Below are positions 27,637-36,533 of a stretch of 64,000 nucleotides of DNA, one piece after another. Each line of letters opens with the position of its first letter. Position 1 is the stretch's first letter. The position numbers and the translations under genes are program-made. Source of the stretch: Candidatus Latescibacterota bacterium (lineage in GTDB: Bacteria > Latescibacterota > UBA2968 > UBA8231); assembly GCA_965203175.1 (NCBI GenBank), contig OZ241867.1:2592001-2656000 (forward strand), given 5' to 3'. The notes beneath the pieces are model-generated. The model saw only the letters and a program-made list of their open reading frames with translations. It was not told where the DNA came from and made no database searches.

Positions 27637-28910
27637 TCGAAGGCGCTTTCTGGATCGTGCTCACCGGCGTGTTGGTCACTGCGTCCTGCGCCCTGTTGGG
27701 CACCTTCCTGGTGTTGCGCAAGATGTCGCTGTTGGGCGACGCTTTGAGCCACTCCGTGCTGCCGGGGATCGCCGTGGCCTTCCTGCTGTCGAGCAGCCGC
27801 GCGGTACTGCCGATGTTTTTTGGCGCAGCCGTCTTCGGTTTGCTGACTGCGCTGTTGGTCGAGGCCTTTCACCGGCGGTGGCGCGTGCAAGAGGACGCGG
27901 CCATCGGCATTGTGTTTACCGCGCTTTTTGCGCTGGGCGTGGTGATCATCACCGCGTATGCCGGTCAAGTGGATCTCGATCAAGAGTGCGTGCTCTACGG
28001 CGAGATCGCCTATACTCCTTGGGATCTGCTGCTGTGGGGAGATCAATCGCTGGGGCCGCGGCCGGTGTGGATATTGGGTGCGATGCTGGCGATCAATCTG
28101 ATTGTGATCGCGCTCTTGTACAAGGAATTCAAGATCTCTGCGTTTGATCCGGCCATGGCCATGTCGGTGGGGATCAACGCCACGCTGATGCACTACCTCT
28201 TGATGGGTTTGGTCGCGCTGACGACGGTGGCGTCGTTTGAATCCGTGGGCGCGATCTTGGTCGTGGCCATGCTGATTGTGCCTGGGGCAGCCGCTTACCT
28301 GTGGAGCGACCGGCTCATCGCGGTACTGGGGTTGGCCGTGTTCTTTGGGGTGGTCTCGGCCGTGGCGGGTTACTTTTTGGCCAGCTTATGGAATAGCTCT
28401 ATCGCCGGCGCTATGGTGGTGGTCATCGGTGGAATTTTTCTCTTTTCCCTGCTTTTTTCGCCGAATCAGGGCGTGCTGGCGCGGATCTTTCAGCGCGTGC
28501 GGCTGTCGCTGCAAGTGGCGCAAGATCACATGCTGCTCGCGCTGGTGCGGCGCGAGGAGAAGGAAGCCGAGCGCGCTGGGCTGCGGCCCGCCGAGTTGGT
28601 GGCGACTGCGGCCGTTTGGAGTCCGCTGGCGCAGCTGGCGTTTGGCGGTCTGCGGCGGCGGCAATTGTTGGTACAGGCGAATGGCGTGGTCGAATTGTCT
28701 GCAAAGGGCCAACAAGCCGCGCTGCGCCTGTTGCGCCATCACCGGCTTTGGGAAACTTATATGAGCCATCTGGGCCTGCCCGAAGACCACGTACACGACC
28801 CAGCCGACGCGCTTGAGCACTTTATCGGCGGCGAGCTGGCAGCCGAGTTGGGCGCGCAAATCAGCGACGAACAGGATCCGCAAGGCAAGCAAATCCCGCC
28901 CTCTAATTGA
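27633..28910 (+). CDS. Metal ABC permease with C-terminal DtxR-like domain (TroD-like)
   Basis: SLLGDALSHSVLPGI, DLDQECVLYGEI; C-terminal RHHRLWETY..VHDPADALEHF. Confidence 0.9.
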   Translation: MIEGAFWIVLTGVLVTASCALLGTFLVLRKMSLLGDALSHSVLPGIAVAFLLSSSRAVLPMFFGAAVFGLLTALLVEAFHRRWRVQEDAAIGIVFTALFALGVVIITAYAGQVDLDQECVLYGEIAYTPWDLLLWGDQSLGPRPVWILGAMLAINLIVIALLYKEFKISAFDPAMAMSVGINATLMHYLLMGLVALTTVASFESVGAILVVAMLIVPGAAAYLWSDRLIAVLGLAVFFGVVSAVAGYFLASLWNSSIAGAMVVVIGGIFLFSLLFSPNQGVLARIFQRVRLSLQVAQDHMLLALVRREEKEAERAGLRPAELVATAAVWSPLAQLAFGGLRRRQLLVQANGVVELSAKGQQAALRLLRHHRLWETYMSHLGLPEDHVHDPADALEHFIGGELAAELGAQISDEQDPQGKQIPPSN

Positions 28911-28923
28911 TGCCGAGGCCAGC

Positions 28924-29532
28924 ATGATCCGGCTGAAGAGCAAAGATGCAGATCTCAAGCGAACTTATATGAGGGATCTGTGGGCTTCGGTGGGGTTTGT
29001 GGTCCTGTTGTTGGCCGCAGTGGTGGCGATTGATCCGCAGATTGCGTTCGATGCGAGCAGGCCCGTGCAGCGGCCTGCTCGCATCGAGTTGGAACTCGTT
29101 CCTGAGACCGAGATGCGGCTCCCCTTGCCGCCGCCGCCAGTCCGGCGCATCGAGCCGGTGGCATACGTGCGGACGCGACCCGTGCGCGAGCATAAACTGC
29201 CGCCGCCTGTGGTGGTGACCGAGTTCCCTCTAGAAGAGGAAGTGGAGGCCGCGGAGTTGTGGATGGTGGAGCAGCCGCCGAGAGTGCTTAAGAGGGTTCT
29301 ACCGGTCTATCCCGACAGCGCGCGGAAAGCACTTGTGGAGGGCAAGGTCTTTGCGCGGGTGTTGGTGGGTCGAAAGGGACGGGTCGAACACATCGACCGC
29401 ATCGAGGGGCCGCAGGTCTTCCAGCGTTCGGTAGCGCAAGCCGCCAAGGCTTGGGAGTTTTCGCCGGCTGTGCAGAACGACCGCGCCGTCCCGGTGTGGG
29501 TCAGCTTGCCGTTTGTGTTTGAGCTAGAGTAA
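28924..29532 (+). CDS. TonB-family energy transducer
   Basis: Single TM, Pro-rich linker, PVYPDSARKALVEGKV..WEFSPA..VPVWVSLPFVFEL. Confidence 0.85.
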   Translation: MIRLKSKDADLKRTYMRDLWASVGFVVLLLAAVVAIDPQIAFDASRPVQRPARIELELVPETEMRLPLPPPPVRRIEPVAYVRTRPVREHKLPPPVVVTEFPLEEEVEAAELWMVEQPPRVLKRVLPVYPDSARKALVEGKVFARVLVGRKGRVEHIDRIEGPQVFQRSVAQAAKAWEFSPAVQNDRAVPVWVSLPFVFELE

Positions 29533-29856
29533 TCAGCCACCGCTGCGCTTGGCCTGATAGCCGCGCTTGGCTAGCTCGGCGAGCACGACATCTACTTTGT
29601 CCCCTTGAATTTCTATTACGCCATCGACGACCGATCCGCCGCTGCCGCATTTGCGCTTGAGTTCGGAGGAGAGGGTCTTTAGTTCGGCTGCGGACAGCCT
29701 CAGGCCCGAGATGGTGGTGACGGTCTTGCCGCCGCGGCCCTTTTTCTCGCGGCGCACGCGGGCGATGCCGTCGCCGGTGGGGGCAGCGGCTTGCTCTTTC
29801 GGCTGCGGTACGCGGCCGGTATCAGAGGAATACACGAGGCGACTGTTTTTAGCCAT
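29533..29856 (-). CDS. yciH: SUI1-family translation factor
   Basis: RVRREKKGRGGKTVTTISGL..LKRKCGSGGSVVDGVIEIQGD. Confidence 0.95.
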   Translation of the reverse strand: MAKNSRLVYSSDTGRVPQPKEQAAAPTGDGIARVRREKKGRGGKTVTTISGLRLSAAELKTLSSELKRKCGSGGSVVDGVIEIQGDKVDVVLAELAKRGYQAKRSGG

Positions 29857-30661
29857 GATTGGGGTTCTCCATGCCGTGTCCCGCCGCCCGCCGCTCTTGG
29901 ACTATGCGCACGGTCTCGTCGCGCCACGCCGCAAACTCGTCGGTATCTACGGCGTCGTGCAGAGTCGCCCTTTTGGCGTAGGGCACGTAGTTGCCGATAT
30001 GCCACAGGGTATTGCGGTAGAGACAGAAGTCGCCGGCGTCGAGGAAGAGCTGCTGGGCACCGGGCATACTCTGTGCATAGCTAAGGCAGGCCCACTCGCG
30101 TTCGGTAGCGGATTGTCCTTCGAGATCGGGCTTGGCGATGGGCCGCTCGGGGAAGCGCGCTGCTTCGCACGGCAGATCGCGGCGTAGGTGGCTGCCGGGG
30201 ACGACCCACGTGCACGAGTCGACGTACAGAGCGCAGTTGACTTGGTTGAAGTAGCGGTCGTCGGCAAAGTGCTCATCCCAGCGCGCCAGTTCCAAGCCGG
30301 GCATATTGTCGCGCCAGTCGCGGTGCCAGTGGGTACACCACGGCGACTCGGCCGGTTCAAAAAGCACGCCCATGACCTGCGGCCCGCCGACGCGAAAATC
30401 CGACGCGAGCAAGCGGTGGATTGCGTCGTTGAGCGCGGGGAGTTCGGCGTAGTCAATGAAAGGCTGTTGGTCGAGTGGAAAGTCGGCCATCGGCTGCAAG
30501 CGCTGGGCTTGGGGGCCGCGCTGTTGACGGGCCAAGTCTCGCGCCTCGTCGCATACTCGGCGCAGATCAGCGACGAGGGCAGGAGGCAGGAGTTGGCGGA
30601 AGACTGTGTAGCCCTGAGTGCGGTACTCGTCGATGTGTTGGTCGGAAAAAGCGAAGGCCAT
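29849..30661 (-). CDS. Phytanoyl-CoA dioxygenase (PhyH) family protein
   Basis: YRTQGYTVF, WHRD, VVPGSH, LDAGD..WH. Confidence 0.85.
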   Translation of the reverse strand: MAFAFSDQHIDEYRTQGYTVFRQLLPPALVADLRRVCDEARDLARQQRGPQAQRLQPMADFPLDQQPFIDYAELPALNDAIHRLLASDFRVGGPQVMGVLFEPAESPWCTHWHRDWRDNMPGLELARWDEHFADDRYFNQVNCALYVDSCTWVVPGSHLRRDLPCEAARFPERPIAKPDLEGQSATEREWACLSYAQSMPGAQQLFLDAGDFCLYRNTLWHIGNYVPYAKRATLHDAVDTDEFAAWRDETVRIVQERRAAGHGMENPNHG

Positions 30662-30670
30662 GGCGTTGTC

Positions 30671-31381
30671 TCACACGTGCGCTACATGAAAGCCCTGAGG
30701 CGGCTCAAAGTGTTCGGCGCGTTTGCCGATATAGTGGCAGATAAAACTGCGCCGCCAGCGATTGGCAGTCTGGTTGGGGTAGGAGCCGTGGATGGTTTTG
30801 CCGTCGAAGAAGAGGCCGTCGCCCGGGGCCATGTCGAGACCGACGATTGCGGCTTCAGGAGGTAGCTGGCTCTGAGCGCGGGTGAAAGAGACGCGAGTGT
30901 CGGCCTTTTCAACGGGCTGGAGCTGGCCGTGCGAGCCGGGGACGACGACCATTTGGCCCACGGCGTCGTCGGATGGGTCGAGGGCGATCCACAGGCCGAT
31001 TAGCGGATCAGTAGTGATGTACTGCTCGTCTTGATGCAGGCCCTGCCCGCGGCCGCCGGGCGGCTTGAAGTAGAGCATGGTCTGACGCAGGACGGGCTCG
31101 TCGTCGATGAGCTGTTCGACCGCGGAGAGCAGATTGGGTCGGGTAGCCCAAGTGGCGCTGGCGGGATCCCAGTCGTGCATGTTGATCATGCGCGGATAGG
31201 TGTGGTTGGGGTCGTCGGGCTGGTCGTCGGTACCGCCGCTGTCGCCAGGGTGAGGGCCTTGAGCGCGCAGTTCCATGTAGTGGCCGATCATGGCCTCGGC
31301 TTGGTCGGGCGCGAATACCCCTGGCACGACGAGGTAGCCTTGGTCGCGGTAGGACTGCACTTGGGCGGCGTTGAGGTTCAC
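30671..31381 (-). CDS. Phytanoyl-CoA dioxygenase (PhyH) family protein
   Basis: YFKPPG..LHQD, WIALD, VVPGSH, HGSYPN..RRS. Confidence 0.92.
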   Translation of the reverse strand: MNLNAAQVQSYRDQGYLVVPGVFAPDQAEAMIGHYMELRAQGPHPGDSGGTDDQPDDPNHTYPRMINMHDWDPASATWATRPNLLSAVEQLIDDEPVLRQTMLYFKPPGGRGQGLHQDEQYITTDPLIGLWIALDPSDDAVGQMVVVPGSHGQLQPVEKADTRVSFTRAQSQLPPEAAIVGLDMAPGDGLFFDGKTIHGSYPNQTANRWRRSFICHYIGKRAEHFEPPQGFHVAHV

Positions 31382-31425
31382 GGCGGGTTACTTCCTAAGT
31401 GACGTTTCATGAGAGTTTTAGGTAT

Positions 31426-31464
31426 GGGATGCTTCGGCTCCGTTTCACTCCGCTCAGCATGACA
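31426..31464. repeat. REP-like intergenic element (TGTCATGCTGAGCGGAG...GAAGCATCCC on minus strand)
   Basis: Imperfect palindrome resembling the GTCATnCTGAGC...GAAG class of short dispersed repeats; single copy in window. Confidence 0.55.
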
Positions 31465-31520
31465 GGAACGGCTGCTCCGTAACTTAGCGAACAGGGTCAC
31501 GCTCTTCAACCAATGGCGGC

Positions 31521-32660
31521 TTACCATTCGGCCACGCGCTTTTTGGCGAAATAGGCTCGGTCCCACTCGGCTCCCCAGCCGGGGCCGGTCGGCGGCGCGA
31601 TGTGACCATTGATGGGTAGTGGGGGATTGAGTAGGCCGATTTCGCGGCCGATTTCGTCGCGGCTGCCGCCGGGAAAATACTCGTAGTACGTGGTGTTTTG
31701 CAGGGCGCAGACTAGGTGGGCGTGGACTAAGCCAAAAAGGCCGCCTGGACCGTTGAGTTCGATAGTGGTGCGATGAGCGACGGCTATAGCGGCGAGTTTG
31801 AGGGTGGCTGTGGTGCCGTGGCGGGCGTTGGCGCGGACGAGGTCCGTGGCCTCAGCGCGAACCCAAGCGGTGCAGAGTTCGCAGTCGTACATTAGGGTCT
31901 CAAGGGCCATGACCGGTATGTCGAGTTCGGCGCACAGTGTTTGCAAGCCTTGGAGATCGCGGTCGGAAATGGCCTCCTCGAACCAGCCGTAGTTGAGTTC
32001 CTCCAGCGCGCGGCCAACTCGCAGGGCTTCGCGCAGGGTGTAGGGGCTGCCAGCCGCGTCGTGCAACAGATCGACATCCGGGCCGACGTGATCGCGGATG
32101 GTGCGCGACCACGCGATGTTGGTGTCCGGGGGACTGGACCAATGATCTTTGAGCGCCACAAAGCCTGCTGCGAGTGCTTGGTCTGCTCCTTCTATGGCGG
32201 CGTCGAGACTGCCGGAGGGGAAGTTGTAATAGGCCCGACAGCGCGGGCGGGTCCGGCCAATTAGGGCACAAACGGGGAGGCCGGCGGCTTGCCCGGCGAT
32301 GTCCCAGAGGCAATTGTCAAAAGCTCCGTGCCAGCCCGGGCGCGAAAACAGCGAGCGGGTAGCCCAGCGCAGCTTGTCGTCGAGCTGCTCGCGGTCGAGC
32401 GGGTCTTGGCCGACGGCCATGATTCGCAGGGCCTCCAACTCCTCGCGGCGCATGGTTTGATAGCGGGCGTCGCCGACGGTGCAGATGCCCTCCAAGCCTT
32501 CGTCGGTCAGCACGTGCAACACGTGGATAGGGGCCTTGGTGCGGCGGTGGCCGCAGGCCCGCCAGCGGGTGCGATGGCCGTAGGGGACTTGTTCTAGATC
32601 GAAGAGGGGGGTGGTAGCTGGAAGCTCAAAAATCGAGAGTTTGATGGCTGTGATTTTCAC
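31521..32660 (-). CDS. Mandelate racemase/enolase-superfamily enzyme
   Basis: DNCLWDIAGQAAGLPV, GFVALK, LLHDA, WFEE, YYEY, PTGPGWG. Confidence 0.88.
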   Translation of the reverse strand: MKITAIKLSIFELPATTPLFDLEQVPYGHRTRWRACGHRRTKAPIHVLHVLTDEGLEGICTVGDARYQTMRREELEALRIMAVGQDPLDREQLDDKLRWATRSLFSRPGWHGAFDNCLWDIAGQAAGLPVCALIGRTRPRCRAYYNFPSGSLDAAIEGADQALAAGFVALKDHWSSPPDTNIAWSRTIRDHVGPDVDLLHDAAGSPYTLREALRVGRALEELNYGWFEEAISDRDLQGLQTLCAELDIPVMALETLMYDCELCTAWVRAEATDLVRANARHGTTATLKLAAIAVAHRTTIELNGPGGLFGLVHAHLVCALQNTTYYEYFPGGSRDEIGREIGLLNPPLPINGHIAPPTGPGWGAEWDRAYFAKKRVAEW

Positions 32661-32732
32661 GATCGATTCTCTGTGTCTCCTGTTGACAATACCAAAGAGT
32701 TATATTCCTGCGCCACGACGACAGTATTTTTT

Positions 32733-32758
32733 TGCGTCCTTTTCTGGTCGCTTGCGTC
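32733..32758 (+). promoter_or_regulatory. Possible ECF (SigZ-type) promoter
   Basis: TGCGTC-N14-TGCGTC upstream of the VOC-sigma operon; CGTC is a common ECF -10. Confidence 0.45.
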
Positions 32759-32785
32759 TTACTGGTTAAATGAAAGGAGCGAGTT

Positions 32786-33205
32786 ATGCGTTTGCAATTG
32801 GCCCTGAACGTCAGTGATTTGGATGAAGCCGTCGCTTATTACGGTGAACTCTTCAATGCCAAGCCTCACAAGCGGCACCCCGGTTATGCCAACTTTGCCA
32901 TTGATCAACCGCCGTTGAAGTTGGTGTTATTTGAGAATCCAGAGGCGGCAGAACGCCTCAACCATCTAGGCGTCGAAGCGTTTGCAGAAGCCGAGGTGAG
33001 CGACGCCGAGCAACGACTGCGGAACGCGGGCATTTTGACCGAAGTGCAGCGGAACGAAACCTGTTGCCACGCGACGCAGAACAAAGTCTGGTCGAGCGAT
33101 CCGCAAGGCTTGCGTTGGGAATGGTATCGCATCCTCGATGACAAGCCGGTGGAGAGTGCCTGCTCTCCCCGAGATTCTGGTGAAGAAGATAGCTGTTGCG
33201 CATGA
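32786..33205 (+). CDS. ArsI/CadI-family VOC metalloenzyme
   Basis: RLQLALNVSDL..GYANFAI..PPLKLVL..LNHLGVE..TCCHATQNKVW..DP.G..WEWY. Confidence 0.9.
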   Translation: MRLQLALNVSDLDEAVAYYGELFNAKPHKRHPGYANFAIDQPPLKLVLFENPEAAERLNHLGVEAFAEAEVSDAEQRLRNAGILTEVQRNETCCHATQNKVWSSDPQGLRWEWYRILDDKPVESACSPRDSGEEDSCCA

Positions 33206-33813
33206 CCGCTGAGAAGCAGATCGATCCGCAAGCCTACCTCGGGCAGGATTTCCAGACTAGCTTGCGCGCCTACGTGAGTCGCCGCGTCGAAGCGGGCGCA
33301 GTGGACGACGTTGTAGGCGATATCCTACTGCTACTCGTCCGCCATCGGGACCGACTCGCCGTTGCTGATGAGCCGACCGCTTGGGTGTTCCGCGTTGCTG
33401 CCAACGCGATCGCTGATCACCATCGTCGTCGCGCTGCGGAGGCACGGGCGTTGACGCAATATGCCGCGGAAATCGAGCAGAACGGTGGTGCGTCCGGCGA
33501 TGTGAGCAACGCCGCCGCAGAAATCGCCGAGTGTATGACGCCTGTTATCCGCAACCTGCCGGAACCTTATGCGGAGGCGCTGCTGCTCACAGACATCGCA
33601 GGTCTCAACCAAACAGAAGCGGCGGCTCGCCTCGGTCTTTCCACTTCCGGCATGAAATCCCGCGTACAGCGCGGTCGTTCCAAGCTAAAGCAGGCGATAC
33701 TGCGTTGCTGTGCCGTTGCGCTCGATTGTCGCGGTGAGGTGATCGACTGCGAACCGCGCAATAGCACCAAGCCCTTTTGCTCTCCTACCGCTAGCGAACG
33801 GCTTGGACCTTGA
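33202..33813 (+). CDS. ECF sigma factor, SigZ-like
   Basis: AWVFRVAANAIADHHR, LPEPYAEALLL, SGMKSRVQRGRSKLK..CC..D.RG.VID. Confidence 0.88.
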   Translation: MTAEKQIDPQAYLGQDFQTSLRAYVSRRVEAGAVDDVVGDILLLLVRHRDRLAVADEPTAWVFRVAANAIADHHRRRAAEARALTQYAAEIEQNGGASGDVSNAAAEIAECMTPVIRNLPEPYAEALLLTDIAGLNQTEAAARLGLSTSGMKSRVQRGRSKLKQAILRCCAVALDCRGEVIDCEPRNSTKPFCSPTASERLGP

Positions 33814-34108
33814 GGTGTAATCCTTCGCGCTTCTGAAGGCATCCGATAATCTCAAACAAGTTCCGGGCTTGGGGATTCCCATTGGGTCCCAACATGCGCA
33901 TCAAGCTCTTGGGCGACTTTTCGGTCAAGCCGCCTAGCTCCTGAAAACCGATGGTCGCGTTGATGTAGTCGCGCAATACCGCCTTGCCGGTTTCCATATC
34001 GCCCGAAAGCAGACACTCGACCCCTTCCTTGAGCAGTTCCTCGCGGAAGGTAGGATCGCGCTCTATACGCGCTAGGATCGTTTCCTTAAAATTTCGCGTC
34101 AGAACCAT
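33791..34108 (-). CDS. Antitoxin/HTH regulator partner of RelE-like toxin
   Basis: LTRNFKETI..LRDYINATIGF..KSLMRMLGPNGNP.ARNLF. Confidence 0.85.
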   Translation of the reverse strand: MVLTRNFKETILARIERDPTFREELLKEGVECLLSGDMETGKAVLRDYINATIGFQELGGLTEKSPKSLMRMLGPNGNPQARNLFEIIGCLQKREGLHLKVQAVR

Positions 34109-34113
34109 AGTTC

Positions 34114-34443
34114 TTAAACCTCCCGTCGCTTGCGTCGCTTATATTCCCGCCAGAGTTCTCGGGCGGTCTCAATATCTTGTCGCTGAGACCTCTTGGTTCC
34201 ACCGCCCAAGAGAACAATCAGGGTATCGCCTTCCTTGCCGAAGTAGACCCTGTAGCCAGGACCAAAGTCTATTCGGGATTCGAGGACACCCCCACTCACG
34301 CCCTTGGCATTGGAAAGATTCCCCTGCTCCATCCGGACCAGTGTTATCGCTACTTTAGCCGCGGCTTGAGCATTGAGTCGATTGAACCATCTAGCGTAAG
34401 GGCTACGTCCTTCGGCGTCGATGTATTCCCTGATCTCAATCAT
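34114..34443 (-). CDS. RelE/ParE-family addiction module toxin
   Basis: GRSPYARWF..RMEQGN..ESRIDFGPGYRVYFG..LLGGGTKRSQRQDI. Confidence 0.92.
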   Translation of the reverse strand: MIEIREYIDAEGRSPYARWFNRLNAQAAAKVAITLVRMEQGNLSNAKGVSGGVLESRIDFGPGYRVYFGKEGDTLIVLLGGGTKRSQRQDIETARELWREYKRRKRREV

Positions 34444-34451
34444 TGATAATA

Positions 34452-34469
34452 GGTAACAGATATGATACC
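34452..34469. promoter_or_regulatory. Probable TA operator
   Basis: GGTAACA-GATA-TGATACC near-palindrome upstream of the toxin start. Confidence 0.45.
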
Positions 34470-34524
34470 ATTTAGCAAGCTCTTATCCGCGACCTGTTGG
34501 AACCTTATGCGTGAGCAATACTAT

Positions 34525-35514
34525 TCACGCCTGATCGCCGCGCACGAATCCCTCCAGCGTGGCCACGTCGTCTCTACTGCCGATGAACAGCGGCGTTCGT
34601 TGGTGTAGCTCGGTGGCTTGCAAGTCCATGATGGGCTGGGTTCCGTTGGAGGCTGCGCCGCCGGCTTGTTCGACGACAAAGGCCAAGGGCGAGGCTTCGT
34701 ATAAGAGGCGCAGCTTGCCGTTGGGCGACTTGCTGTCGCCGGGATAGAGGAAGATTCCGCCCTTGAGCAGGTTGCGGTGGAAGTCGGCCACGAGTGAGCC
34801 GATGTAGCGCGCCGAGTAGGATTGCGGACCTTCCTTGAGCTGCTTGACATAGTGGCGCACTGGCTTGTCCCACCTGGGATAATTGCCCTCGTTGGCGCTG
34901 TAGTACTGACCTCGCTTGGGAATTTCGATGTTCTCGTGCGAGAGTAGGAATTCGCCGAGACTTGGGTCGAGGGTAAAGCCGTGGCTGCCGCTGCCGGTGG
35001 TATAGACCAGCATGGTGCTGGAGCCGTAGATGATGTAGCCAGCGCAGACTTGCTCGCGGCCGCAACGGAGGAAGTCGCTGTGGGCGACGGTGTCGGTGCT
35101 TTTCTTGCGGTAGATGGAGAAGATGGTGCCGATGGAGACGTTCACGTCTATATTGGACGAGCCGTCAACCGGATCGAAGACGAGGATGTAGTTGCCGCGT
35201 GGGTGTCTTTCCGGGATGGGATAAATGTCGTCCATCTCTTCGGAGGCCATGCCCGCAAGCCGGCCTGTGTGGTCGGTGGTGCGGATTATGAGCGCATTGG
35301 CGAACTCGTCGAGTTTTTGCACCTCTTCGCCGTGGACGTTGGTGCGGCCGGTGATGCCCATTACCTCGGCGAGGCCGGCTTTGTTCACGTCGCGGGAGAT
35401 GATTTTGGCCGCGCTGGTCAGGTCGGTGAGCAGGCCGGTGAATTCGCCGGTGGCCTCGGGGTGCTGCCGCTCTTCTTCGATGATGAAGCGAGTGAGGGTA
35501 GTGCCGATTTGCAT
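34525..35514 (-). CDS. fbp: Fructose-1,6-bisphosphatase class 1
   Basis: [64 protein letters not shown]. Confidence 0.97.
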   Translation of the reverse strand: MQIGTTLTRFIIEEERQHPEATGEFTGLLTDLTSAAKIISRDVNKAGLAEVMGITGRTNVHGEEVQKLDEFANALIIRTTDHTGRLAGMASEEMDDIYPIPERHPRGNYILVFDPVDGSSNIDVNVSIGTIFSIYRKKSTDTVAHSDFLRCGREQVCAGYIIYGSSTMLVYTTGSGSHGFTLDPSLGEFLLSHENIEIPKRGQYYSANEGNYPRWDKPVRHYVKQLKEGPQSYSARYIGSLVADFHRNLLKGGIFLYPGDSKSPNGKLRLLYEASPLAFVVEQAGGAASNGTQPIMDLQATELHQRTPLFIGSRDDVATLEGFVRGDQA

Positions 35515-35628
35515 GAGGGGCCTTGCATCAATTGAGGGTGTTTGACACGGGACAGGATAAAACAATACAATCCCGTCTATCCTGTCCATTCGTTACATTT
35601 GCAACGCTACTGAGGAGAACGAAAGACT

Positions 35629-36447
35629 ATGATTAAATTGGCGACTATGAGCAGCGCGTGTCCAGACTGGAACTTGGACGAGGTCGTCGCTGGCATGAAG
35701 CGGCACGGCTATCAGGGGTTTGAGCCGCGCGTCGAGTGGGATCACGCCTGCGGCATTGAGGCTGCGCTTGCGGCTAAAGAGCGGCGGGACATTCGCCAGC
35801 GGATGGAGGACGAGGGCTTGGAAATCTGCTGTATTGCTACGGGTGCGCGGATGGCGGTGCCCGACGCGGCAGAGCGGGCCGGGCACGTGGAGGATGTGAA
35901 AAAATACATTGACTTGGCGGCTGATTTGGGCTGTGGTTTGGTGCGGGTTTTCGGCGGCCAGCGCGGCGGGGGCCGTGAGTGGACTGCGGTCGTCGATTAC
36001 GTGGTAGAGGGTTTTGCTCAGGTGTTGCCCGCAGCGGCTGAACGAGGCGTGACGTTGCTGCTGGAAACGCACGACGATTGGTGCTGCTCGGCCCCGGTGC
36101 GAGCGGTTGTCGAGCGGGCTGGGCACCCGAATTTGCAGGTGCTGTGGGATTTTATGCATACGCAGCGGGTGCTGGAAGAGCCAGCCGAGAGCTTCCAGTT
36201 GCTGGGCGCGCACACGCGCCATATACACGCACACGACGGGACGATCGTCGATGGCAGGTTGCAGGTCAGCGATGTGCTAGGCGCGGGCGTATTCGATCAC
36301 GCCGAGCCGCTGCGCCTACTCGCGGAGTCTGGATTTGCTGGGTATTGCTCGGTGGAAGTGATCCACAAGCGCGGCAGTGGGGATCGGGCCGATGCGGTGC
36401 TTGGGCAATATGCCGAGGGGCTGCGGGGGATTGTGGCTGGTTTTTGA
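35629..36447 (+). CDS. Sugar phosphate isomerase/epimerase family TIM-barrel protein
   Basis: GYQGFE, VRVFGG, LLETHD, LWDFMH, HIHAHDG, SVE. Confidence 0.88.
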   Translation: MIKLATMSSACPDWNLDEVVAGMKRHGYQGFEPRVEWDHACGIEAALAAKERRDIRQRMEDEGLEICCIATGARMAVPDAAERAGHVEDVKKYIDLAADLGCGLVRVFGGQRGGGREWTAVVDYVVEGFAQVLPAAAERGVTLLLETHDDWCCSAPVRAVVERAGHPNLQVLWDFMHTQRVLEEPAESFQLLGAHTRHIHAHDGTIVDGRLQVSDVLGAGVFDHAEPLRLLAESGFAGYCSVEVIHKRGSGDRADAVLGQYAEGLRGIVAGF

Positions 36448-36488
36448 GTGGCCAACGGTTAGTAAGTTCCTATCTTAAAACCGCTTTT

Positions 36489-36510
36489 GCGGGCGAGATG
36501 CCCGCGTCCC
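36489..36510. repeat. REP-like hairpin GCGGGCGAGATGCCCGCGTCCC
   Basis: GCGGGC/GCCCGC stem in an intergenic position. Confidence 0.45.
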
Positions 36511-36533
36511 CAGACGACAAAACGGAGTGTATT

